Assembly (NCBI RefSeq): GCF_010500965.1
Contig: NZ_QVMI01000006.1
Location: 31,976 to 95,975 of the forward strand
Source of the DNA: Bacteroides sp. 51
Lineage (GTDB): Bacteria > Bacteroidota > Bacteroidia > Bacteroidales > Bacteroidaceae
DNA length: 64,000 nucleotides
Direction: 5' to 3'
Shown here piece by piece: positions 46,895 to 55,434 of this stretch. The notes under the pieces are model-generated. The model had not been told where the DNA came from. It was given only the letters and a program-made list of their open reading frames with translations, and did no database searches. Position 1 is the first letter of the stretch; each line of letters opens with the position of its first letter. The position numbers and the translations under genes are program-made.

Positions 46895-47595
46895 CCGAAC
46901 TACTGCACAACCTGACACATCCGTTGCCCAATGCGGTTATGACCGTTGTCATGGCTATACTCGTGATTTATTGGTTGTTCGTATTCTTTAGTGGTGCCGG
47001 ATTGGACGATCTTGACCTGGGGTTCGACTTTGATGTCGATATTGACGCAGCCGAACCCGAACCGGTTGATGTTGACGCTGATGGTGGTGCTGACGATGTA
47101 GAACCTTCAACAGAAAAGTCGCCGGGATTCTTTATGAAGTTCCTGAGTTTTATGAACGTGGGTAAGGTACCTTTTATGCTGATTCTTTCCACACTTAAAT
47201 TCTTTATGTGGGTAGGTACGCTCATAACCACTTCGTTCATTAACATTACAGGGTGGGGCACGCTGTCCGTACTAATCCTTGTTCCTTTGTTTTTCGTTGG
47301 ATTGTTTTTTACTAAATTATCTACTAATCCTTTAGTGAAACTCTTTAAAGAAATAGGCTATAAAGGCGAAGAAGCGATCGACTTTCTAGGACGTTCCGGA
47401 AAGATGGTTTCTTCGATTAAGGATGATAAGATAGGCTGTGCAGAAGTGATTGTCGATAAAAACCCAATCAAACTCAACGTGAAGAGTATAGACGGTGAAG
47501 AATTGAAATATGGTGATTATATCATCATTGCTGACGAATCGGATGACAAAAAGCTCTATCTGGTGAGCAAAGAAATTAGTATTCGGAACATATAA
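46891..47595 (+). CDS. NfeD-like membrane protein (TM region plus C-terminal OB-fold); flotillin partner
   Basis: TM helices and an acidic linker (DLDLGFDFDVDIDAAEPEPVDVDADGG). C-terminal GRSGKMVSSIKDDKIGCAEVIV ... YGDYIII resembles the NfeD C-domain. Confidence 0.65.
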   Translation: MTELLHNLTHPLPNAVMTVVMAILVIYWLFVFFSGAGLDDLDLGFDFDVDIDAAEPEPVDVDADGGADDVEPSTEKSPGFFMKFLSFMNVGKVPFMLILSTLKFFMWVGTLITTSFINITGWGTLSVLILVPLFFVGLFFTKLSTNPLVKLFKEIGYKGEEAIDFLGRSGKMVSSIKDDKIGCAEVIVDKNPIKLNVKSIDGEELKYGDYIIIADESDDKKLYLVSKEISIRNI

Positions 47596-47629
47596 ACAAA
47601 ATTATAATAATTAAAACTATCCAAATCTT

Positions 47630-49819
47630 ATGGGAGAACTCATTATCATTATAGCGGGCGCTGCTATATTTATTCTGCTGGTCATTATGGGTATGCTGGC
47701 CACATTCTACAAGAAAATACCTCAGGGAAAAGCAATTGTACGTACGGGTGTCGGTGGCACCAAAGTAGCCTTTAATAAAGGTATGTATGTCATTCCAATT
47801 TTCCACAAGATGGAAATTATGGATATTTCTTTGAAGAAAGTACAGATTGAGAGAATGCAGCATGACGGGTTGATCTGTAAAGACAATATCCGTGCCGATA
47901 TCAAGGTGGCTTTCTTTGTACGTGTAAACAAATCCATCAACGATGTTATTAACGTAGCACAGTCTATCGGCTGTTCACGTGCCAGTGATATTTCAACGCT
48001 GAAAGATATCTTCGAAGCTAAGTTCTCTGAAGCGTTGAAAACAGTGGGTAAGAAGTTTGACTTTATTGAACTCTACGAAGCACGCCGCGAGTTCCGCGAT
48101 GAAATTATCAATATCATCGGTACAGATCTGAATGGGTATGTACTGGACGACTGTGCGATTGACTACCTGGAACAAACCGAACTGCAATTTCTGAGTCCGG
48201 ATAATATTCTCGACTCCGAAGGTATCCGTAAGATCACAGACCTGACTGCTGCTCAGAATATCAAAGCTAATCTGATTCGTCGTGAAGAAGAAAAAGTAAT
48301 CAAAAAACAAGATGTTGAAGCACGCGAAGCGATTCTGGAACTTGAAAGACAACTTGCCGAGAAAGAAGAAAAGCAAAGACGCGAAATAGACAATGTAAAG
48401 GCTCGTGAAGAAGCTGAGATCCAAAAGGTACGCGAGGAAGAACGACTGAAATCTGAAACGGTACGCATCTCTACGGAAGAGTCATTGGCTGTGCAGGAAG
48501 AAAACAAACTGCGCCAAATCATTATTGCCGAGAAGAATAAGCAAAGAACCGAAGCGGTCGAAGCAGAGCGTGTAGAAAAAGACCGTGCATTGGAACAGAC
48601 CGAGCGCGAACGTATCGTGACCTTGTCGCAAATTGACAAAGAACGTGCAATTGAAGTTGAGAAAAAGAATATTCAGGATGTGATCCGCGAGCGTGTACAA
48701 CTCGAAAAAGGCGTGGTGGAAGAACAACAGAATATCAAAGATATTGAAGCGTTCAGAAGTGTAGACCGTAAGAAGCAAGTCGGCATAACCGAAGCATCAC
48801 AAGAAGCGGAACAACATTTAATTGAAACGGTGAAAGGTGCCGAAGCTGCAAAACTCGCCGCCGAAGAAAAAGCTAAACAATTACTGATTGATGCCGAGGC
48901 TCAGAAAGAAGCATCTGCTAAACAAGCCGAAGCACGCAAGATATTGGCCGATGCAAAGGCACGTGAGGATGCAACTTATGGTTTGGCAGAAGCCGAAGTA
49001 ATCAAAGCGAAAGCCGAAGCCCTTGAACAACAAGGTATGGCAGAAGCTGTGGTGATTGAGAAGAAGGCCAAAGCCGAAGCAATAGGTATTGAAGCCAAAG
49101 CCGAAGCGAAGAAAAAAGAAGGGTTGGTAGAAGCCGAAGTAACCAAGGAAAAAGCTATGGCATCTGCTGTAGGTGAAGCCAGCATCATTGAGAAAACATC
49201 GTTGGCGGAAGCTACCGGTATCGAAGCGAAAGCCGAAGCTAAGCGTAAGGAAGGTTTGATGGAAGCGGAAGTGCTGAAAGAAAAGGCATTGGCAGAAGCT
49301 ACGGGAATCGAAGAAAAGGCGGCTGCAATGAAGAAACTGGATGGTGCCGGAAAAGAACATGAAGAGTTCAAACTTGCCCTGCAAAAAGACAAGGATGTGG
49401 AACTGGCTCAGATCGCTATACAGAAAGATATTGCCGATGCTCAGGCTCATGTGTTGTCGGAAGCACTCAAGAATGCAGATATTGATATTGTTGGTGGCGA
49501 AACCATGTTCTTTGAGAATATTGTTAAGCAAATCTCTAACGCCAAAGGCTTTGATCGTCTGGTTAATGAAAGCGAAAACGCTACTCAAATCAAGGGTGCA
49601 TTGCTTGGCAATGGTGGCTCGGAAGGTGATTTGTTTGAACGTATCCGCTATTTTGCAAATCGCTTGAATATCTCTACGGATGATGTGAAGAATTTAAGTA
49701 TTGCTGCCCTTATTCTTAAAATGCAGAGTCAGTGTACCAGTGAAGAGGACAAAGGCTTCTTAGGTAGCTTGATGAACATGGCGAAGTCTATGGGAATCAG
49801 CAATAAAAAACTCAATTAA
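47630..49819 (+). CDS. Flotillin-like SPFH/Band-7 protein with a long coiled coil and EA-rich repeats
   Basis: N-terminal TM plus SPFH core (KGMYVIPIFHKMEIMDISLKKVQIE...). C-terminal IEAKAEAKKKEGLVEAEV... repeats are typical of the flotillin C-terminus. Confidence 0.85.
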   Translation: MGELIIIIAGAAIFILLVIMGMLATFYKKIPQGKAIVRTGVGGTKVAFNKGMYVIPIFHKMEIMDISLKKVQIERMQHDGLICKDNIRADIKVAFFVRVNKSINDVINVAQSIGCSRASDISTLKDIFEAKFSEALKTVGKKFDFIELYEARREFRDEIINIIGTDLNGYVLDDCAIDYLEQTELQFLSPDNILDSEGIRKITDLTAAQNIKANLIRREEEKVIKKQDVEAREAILELERQLAEKEEKQRREIDNVKAREEAEIQKVREEERLKSETVRISTEESLAVQEENKLRQIIIAEKNKQRTEAVEAERVEKDRALEQTERERIVTLSQIDKERAIEVEKKNIQDVIRERVQLEKGVVEEQQNIKDIEAFRSVDRKKQVGITEASQEAEQHLIETVKGAEAAKLAAEEKAKQLLIDAEAQKEASAKQAEARKILADAKAREDATYGLAEAEVIKAKAEALEQQGMAEAVVIEKKAKAEAIGIEAKAEAKKKEGLVEAEVTKEKAMASAVGEASIIEKTSLAEATGIEAKAEAKRKEGLMEAEVLKEKALAEATGIEEKAAAMKKLDGAGKEHEEFKLALQKDKDVELAQIAIQKDIADAQAHVLSEALKNADIDIVGGETMFFENIVKQISNAKGFDRLVNESENATQIKGALLGNGGSEGDLFERIRYFANRLNISTDDVKNLSIAALILKMQSQCTSEEDKGFLGSLMNMAKSMGISNKKLN

Positions 49820-49830
49820 TTTACTATTTA

Positions 49831-49880
49831 CCATTTACAATTTACCATTTGCTATGTAGGCTTGGTGAATTGTAAATGGT
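49831..49880. repeat. Hairpin (15-bp arms, 1 mismatch) after the flotillin gene
   Basis: CCATTTACAATTTAC ... GTGAATTGTAAATGG. Confidence 0.65.
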
Positions 49881-49900
49881 GGTTGTAATCCGTTCGTTAA

Positions 49901-49930
49901 ATTGTAAATTGTAAATCGTAAATGGTAAAT
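49901..49930 (+). repeat. ATTGTAA/ATCGTAA heptad repeats running into the ATG of the 1606-aa gene
   Basis: ATTGTAAATTGTAAATCGTAAATGGTAAAT with the ATG at 49922. The same motif class as 43121-43179. Confidence 0.7.
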
Positions 49931-52900
49931 ATAGAAGCCGGTACCTACGAAATCATAAAGAAGCGCCTTCAGGTGCAGAAAGATGATTTGGTGAAACGCC
50001 TTAACTCCCTCAACGAGGAGCGTAAGGAAGTATTTTCGTCAACGGACTTTTCATTAATAGCCAATCAACGTATAACTACCGAGAACAACTGTGAATCCAG
50101 AGGAATTATCGCTTTCGGTAACCTCTGTATCTTCGGTTATAATGTTCATTTCGGTTTGCGTTCGGATATACAGTTAAGTGATGTATTCAGTATCTATCTT
50201 TTCGAGAACAACCAGTTTATTCCTCAACCGCTCGATCTGATCAATGACGAAACGTTCATCACCGACTTTAAAAACCTCTACAAGTACTATCGCGACTCCA
50301 TCTTCTCTAAATTCAGAAGAACCGAGAACTACCTGTACATGATCTTCCAGACCAGCAAAAACCTGGGTGACGAGAAAGCATTCAAATGGCTTATTAAAGG
50401 AAATAAGCTCATTTATCAGGACGACAGAAGCATACACGAAGTTGTTAAAGCCCCTCAGCATGAGTTCAAGTGGATTAAAACCACGCTTGAAGATCGTCGC
50501 CTGGGAGCATATCCCCACGTTTCCATCCTCGATAAAGTATTTATCGAAGCCACAGGTGGAGATATTACTTTTAAGATTGAAGATAATACCCAGACCGGAA
50601 AAGGTATCTATGCAGAGAAAGTTGAAAATAAAGACCAACAACTCGATGATGCCGATTATTATTATGCCGATTTGGGCAACCTGATCCTGATTCGTATCAA
50701 ACCCTATCAGGAAGATTTCCGTGCGTTTGTATTCAATACCCGCACCAAAGAAGTGGTCAACATAAAGATGCTGAATGATGCCGGGATTCTTTTGCCCGAT
50801 AATCATGGCGTTATATTTCCCAATGGATATTATCTCCAGAACGGAGAGTCTAAAATATTCGAAAGCAATCTCGAAAATCTGGAATTCTTTCGCAAGGTTG
50901 TTTCCCCTAATGGAGAAGATTTCCTGTATATCTTCTATCAGAATGAACGGAATATCTACGTATTGATGTCGTACAATATCATCAAGCAGCAGGTAGAAAC
51001 GCCGATTATTTGTAATGGACATACGCTTTATAAAGATGGGACCTTGATCTTTTTCCGTTCCGAGCAGGAAGCTACCCGCCACCATCAGGTGCAGATATGG
51101 CAAACTCCATATCCGTTACAGCTTCCCGAAAACTATGAAAAAAGAGATAACATCCTTTATAAGATTGGAAATAAGTCCATCGTAAAAGCGATGGCAGAAT
51201 GCCAGGAAGTAATTCATCTGATAAACAAAGAAGATACTTACGAAGGGCTATATGATGATATTGTAAAGAAATCTAATGATATTGTTGATGCTTATTTCTG
51301 GGTAACCGATAGTGGAACCTTTGCACTATCAGAGCCTCTCTTGCAAATAAAAGACGTAGCTAATACGGCTATTGATGAGTTTGAGAAGGTAAAACAACAG
51401 AAGAAACACTCTGCCGAGGTGCTTGAAACTACAACGGATAAAGTGGATAAGTTGCTCTTTGCTATTAAGAACTCCAAATACGATTCTCTTGAGCAGTTGG
51501 TAAAGCTACTGGCAGATACCCGCAAGCTACAAGGTGAGGTTATTGAGCTTGTCAACCTGCGTTATATTGATCTGGAGAAAATAGACGCACTCAAAGCAAC
51601 GTTAGTCAAAACTGCTGTCGACCTTTCCGACAAAACGGTTGAGTTTTTGTTGAAAGATGAGGCTTTATTACCTTATGAAGCCAAAGTGGTAGAACAAAAG
51701 AAGCTGGTTGAGCAGGTCGAAAAGGTTATTGATGCCAATAGAATAGAAGAAAACTGCAAAGAAATATCGGCAGAGCTTGAACTGCTTATTGATATACTGA
51801 ATAGCCTTAAAATAGAAGATACCACCCAAACTACACGTATCATAGAGAAAATATCTCTGATATTTTCCTCCCTGAACGAGGTGCGGGCACAACTCAAAAA
51901 GAAAGTTGACTCTTTAAAGAGTAAAGAAGCTGTTGCCGAATTTCGTGCACAGCTTACGCTTTTGGAGCAGAGCATCGTTAACTTTCTTGAACTGGCTACT
52001 ACGCCCGATAAATGCGATGAGTATTTCACCAAGGTAAGCGTACAAATCGAAGAATTGGAAAGTAAATTTGCCGATTTCGACGAGTTTATCCTTATCATAG
52101 CCGATAAACGAAATGAAGTAGTCAAAGCCTTCGATGGACGGAAAGCTCAGTTGATCGAACAAATCAACCGTCGCACGGCTTCGCTGGAACAGATCGGGCT
52201 TCGTGTACTGAAAAATGTAGAAAACAAAGCTCAGTCTTTCAAGTCTAAGGAGGAGATACAAGCGTTTTACTCTACCGACCTGATGGTGGACAAAGTGCGC
52301 AAACTTGTCGAAGACCTTAAAGAATTAGGAGATGTTTCCAAGGCTGAGAATCTGGAAAACAGTCTTAAAACTTCTCTTGAAGATGCATTGCGTATCCTTA
52401 AAGATAAAACAGAACTCTTTGTTGATGGGGAGAATATCATCTCATTGGGTAATTATAAGTTTGCCGTAAACAAGCAGTCATTGGATCTTACCGTTGTACG
52501 GCGGGATACTAACTTGCTGTTTCATCTTACCGGAACAAACTTCTATCATTCACTAAAGAATGATGCGGTAAATAACTACCAGGATATTTGGGAGCAGGAA
52601 GTGGTTTCGGAAAACAAATTAGTGTACCGTGCCGAATACCTGGCTTATCTCGCTTTCCAGGAATCCCAGATCACCAAAGACTTTGATGCCCGGGCTTTTA
52701 TCACTAAAAAAATCGAAAACAGTTATTCCGAATCCTACCTGAAAGGAGTTCACGACTTTGATGCCATAAGCATTTACGAAGCTTTGACTTCCATTCACGA
52801 GCAACTCGGTGTTCTATCTTTCCGTCCGCAGGTGAGGGTAGCTGCGCAACTCTTTTGGTACAGCATTAAGGACGAACAAAGAAACCTGCTTCGCGGATTG

Positions 52901-54742
52901 ATTATTTCTGCAAACAATGTACTGAAAGCCTTTCCGGCTTCCAACAACTATCAATATGTACTGAAAAGCATTCAGGAAGTCTATAACGCCTGGAATACTT
53001 ACTTTAACTCTGCTACGATACGTCCGGAAAAGATCGCCATGTATCTGTTCTGCGAGTTTGGAGATAATTCGGCGTTTACTGTTAGCGAGCAATCCAAGGA
53101 GTTCAAGCAACTCTTCCTACATTATTTAAAAGAACAGAAACTTGCCGAGAACTTCCGCTTGGACCTTGAAGATAAATCATTCAGTTCAGTAGAACGTTTC
53201 TCTTTGACTCGCAACTGGCTGGCATCCTTTATCAATCTGTCTGATGACTATTTGAAGTATAAAAAGTATATCGGCGAAGCCGCTTGTCAACTCCTGCTGC
53301 AAGAATACGAGTTCGAATTGCGCCGAAGCCCGGATGTGATTGAAATAAATGACCTGCGCGGTACGCACCCTGTAATCATAAACAATGAGTATAAGATTGA
53401 CTATCATCGCTTTATACAGAAACTCAATCATTTCATTTCGGCGAGTGTACCAAGATTCAATGAGTTTACTGCGCTTAAGGAGAAAGCTATTCAGGATTAC
53501 CGGAAATCGTTGAAGATAAACGAATTAAAACCCCGTGTCCTGACTTCATTTGTACGTAATAAATTGATCAATCAGGTTTATCTTCCATTAATTGGTGCTA
53601 ATCTGGCTAAGCAACTGGGAGTTGCCGGTGATGCCAAACGTACGGCACGTATGGGTATGTTGCTTTTATTGTCTCCTCCGGGATATGGTAAAACCACGCT
53701 AATGGAGTATCTGGCAAGCATCATGGGGCTTAACTTTGTGAAGATCAATGGTCCGACTATCGGCCACTCTATTACCTCCATCGACCCCGAAGAGGCCAAG
53801 ACTTCCGGTGCGCGTGAGGAATTAAAGAAGATCAATCTTTCTTTTGAAATGTCAGATAACGTAATGCTTTATCTGGATGATATTCAGCACTGTAGCTCCG
53901 AATTCTTGCAGAAGTTTATTTCCCTTGCCGATGGCCAGCGCAAGATGGACGGTACTTTCGACGGCGAAAGCAAAACGTATGACCTACGCGGAAAACGTTT
54001 CTGCGTGGTGATGGCCGGAAACCCATATACCGAAAGCGGTGATAAGTTCCAGATTCCCGATATGCTTGCGAACCGTGCCGATGTCTACAACCTGGGAGAT
54101 GTAATCGGAGATTTGGCTAACCTCTTCAATCTGAGTTTGCTCGAGAATGCTATCGTCGAGAATCCCTATACGCAGAAAATCGCCGGAAAGAGCTTTGCCG
54201 ATTTCTACAATCTGGTAGATTATGTAGAGACAGGGGCAGAACTAATGCCCGACCTGGAAGCAAACCATACACAGCAGGATATAGACGACTTTATCGCTGT
54301 GATTAAAAATGCTCTGCTGGTACGCAACATTGTGCAGAAAGTCAATCAGAATTATATTGCAAGTGCCGCCATGCAGGATGCTTACCGGGTGGAACCACCA
54401 TTCAAACTGCAAGGTTCTTACCGTGATATGAACAAGATGATCGGGCAGATTGTGCCTCTGATGAACAAACAGGAAGTTATCAGTCTGGTGTTAACGCACT
54501 ATGAAAGCGAATCACAGACCCTGACTGCCGATAGCGAAGCTAATCTCTTGAAACTGAAAGAGCTTGCCGGTTTGTTGTCTAAAGAAGATGCCGAAAGATG
54601 GGCGCATATAAAAGACGTGTTTAATAAGAACAATAAGTTGGCGGGCATTGATCAGAATAACCAAGCCGGACAGGTTATTGCGCAATTGGCCGAGTTCAAC
54701 GATAACCTGGCAGGAATAAAGAACGCGATTGTAAAGAAGTAA
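49922..54742 (+). CDS. Giant (1606 aa) multi-domain protein: beta-rich N-terminal region, about 500-aa coiled coil, alpha-helical region, C-terminal MoxR/AAA_5-type P-loop ATPase
   Basis: Walker A LLLSPPGYGKTTLMEY (about 53680). Walker B VMLYLDDIQH (about 53875). MoxR-like sensor VVMAGNPYTESGDKFQIPDMLANRADVYNL (about 54005). Confidence 0.7.
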   Translation: MVNIEAGTYEIIKKRLQVQKDDLVKRLNSLNEERKEVFSSTDFSLIANQRITTENNCESRGIIAFGNLCIFGYNVHFGLRSDIQLSDVFSIYLFENNQFIPQPLDLINDETFITDFKNLYKYYRDSIFSKFRRTENYLYMIFQTSKNLGDEKAFKWLIKGNKLIYQDDRSIHEVVKAPQHEFKWIKTTLEDRRLGAYPHVSILDKVFIEATGGDITFKIEDNTQTGKGIYAEKVENKDQQLDDADYYYADLGNLILIRIKPYQEDFRAFVFNTRTKEVVNIKMLNDAGILLPDNHGVIFPNGYYLQNGESKIFESNLENLEFFRKVVSPNGEDFLYIFYQNERNIYVLMSYNIIKQQVETPIICNGHTLYKDGTLIFFRSEQEATRHHQVQIWQTPYPLQLPENYEKRDNILYKIGNKSIVKAMAECQEVIHLINKEDTYEGLYDDIVKKSNDIVDAYFWVTDSGTFALSEPLLQIKDVANTAIDEFEKVKQQKKHSAEVLETTTDKVDKLLFAIKNSKYDSLEQLVKLLADTRKLQGEVIELVNLRYIDLEKIDALKATLVKTAVDLSDKTVEFLLKDEALLPYEAKVVEQKKLVEQVEKVIDANRIEENCKEISAELELLIDILNSLKIEDTTQTTRIIEKISLIFSSLNEVRAQLKKKVDSLKSKEAVAEFRAQLTLLEQSIVNFLELATTPDKCDEYFTKVSVQIEELESKFADFDEFILIIADKRNEVVKAFDGRKAQLIEQINRRTASLEQIGLRVLKNVENKAQSFKSKEEIQAFYSTDLMVDKVRKLVEDLKELGDVSKAENLENSLKTSLEDALRILKDKTELFVDGENIISLGNYKFAVNKQSLDLTVVRRDTNLLFHLTGTNFYHSLKNDAVNNYQDIWEQEVVSENKLVYRAEYLAYLAFQESQITKDFDARAFITKKIENSYSESYLKGVHDFDAISIYEALTSIHEQLGVLSFRPQVRVAAQLFWYSIKDEQRNLLRGLIISANNVLKAFPASNNYQYVLKSIQEVYNAWNTYFNSATIRPEKIAMYLFCEFGDNSAFTVSEQSKEFKQLFLHYLKEQKLAENFRLDLEDKSFSSVERFSLTRNWLASFINLSDDYLKYKKYIGEAACQLLLQEYEFELRRSPDVIEINDLRGTHPVIINNEYKIDYHRFIQKLNHFISASVPRFNEFTALKEKAIQDYRKSLKINELKPRVLTSFVRNKLINQVYLPLIGANLAKQLGVAGDAKRTARMGMLLLLSPPGYGKTTLMEYLASIMGLNFVKINGPTIGHSITSIDPEEAKTSGAREELKKINLSFEMSDNVMLYLDDIQHCSSEFLQKFISLADGQRKMDGTFDGESKTYDLRGKRFCVVMAGNPYTESGDKFQIPDMLANRADVYNLGDVIGDLANLFNLSLLENAIVENPYTQKIAGKSFADFYNLVDYVETGAELMPDLEANHTQQDIDDFIAVIKNALLVRNIVQKVNQNYIASAAMQDAYRVEPPFKLQGSYRDMNKMIGQIVPLMNKQEVISLVLTHYESESQTLTADSEANLLKLKELAGLLSKEDAERWAHIKDVFNKNNKLAGIDQNNQAGQVIAQLAEFNDNLAGIKNAIVKK

Positions 54743-54780
54743 TCCTAAGTCACCGGGATAGCTCTGTCTACATACTGAGA

Positions 54781-54900
54781 TAACTCTATTTACATACTGA
54801 CGAAAATGCATTTACATGCTTACGTAAATGTGTTTACATCCTTTCGTAAATGTATTTACGTAATGATGTAAGCGTATTTACATTTAGTGTAATTGGTTGG
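54781..54900. promoter_or_regulatory. AT-rich cluster of TTTACAT / CGTAAATG / TTACGTAA motifs (multiple short inverted repeats)
   Basis: TTTACAT occurs four times and CGTAAATG twice. TTACGTAA is a palindrome. CATTTAC-8 nt-GTAAATG forms an inverted repeat. Confidence 0.4.
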
Positions 54901-54970
54901 TAAATGCAACTCGTTGATAGATAGTAATATAATGGCATTCTATTCCTTTGCGGGCAGCAGATAAGAAAGG

Positions 54971-55001
54971 GTAGAGCCGGGTCTTTATGATCCGGCTCTA
55001 C
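54971..55001. repeat. Perfect 10-bp-stem hairpin GTAGAGCCGG-11 nt-CCGGCTCTAC
   Basis: Visible directly. Possible terminator for the small minus-strand ORF. Confidence 0.5.
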
Positions 55002-55039
55002 CTGCTTAATTAAGAAAAAATACCTATTGAATACTCATT

Positions 55040-55303
55040 CTATTTGCTTAATGTGTAAGGTGCATAAGCCACATCCTGACGATAGCCCCCTTTGGTTTCA
55101 AAGTATCCGCTAGCATTTGGATCGGCCACAGCCGAAATGGTCACAAATGAATTGAATTCCGCTTTTAGTGCTTTTGACGAGATAGACTTATAATACCCCA
55201 CTCCCTTATTATCCCAAAATGCCCGGTCCGCATGCCGCGCAAATTCCCACAAATTCCCCCGAAATATCCATAAATTCGTCCCCAAACCCTCAATTAAGCG
55301 CAT
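55040..55303 (-). CDS. Hypothetical small protein (87 aa)
   Basis: Non-repetitive sequence with an in-frame stop just upstream of the ATG. No family recognised. Confidence 0.3.
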   Translation of the reverse strand: MRLIEGLGTNLWIFRGNLWEFARHADRAFWDNKGVGYYKSISSKALKAEFNSFVTISAVADPNASGYFETKGGYRQDVAYAPYTLSK

Positions 55304-55434
55304 TTTAATCCGATATTAATTCCCTTTGCTTTTTCTTTTTAATACAACTCTGCTTTCTTTGCCTACCAAAAGAATACCAGGAGAATCCCCAAACAACCCC
55401 AAAAGAATACCAGAAAAACTATTAAAATATAAAA

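Noticed and set aside
55040-55303. Tentative resemblance of the 87-aa ORF to a formylglycine-generating-enzyme C-terminus (GNLWEF)
   Set aside because: The similarity is limited to one short motif. It is not enough to assign a family and is left as hypothetical.
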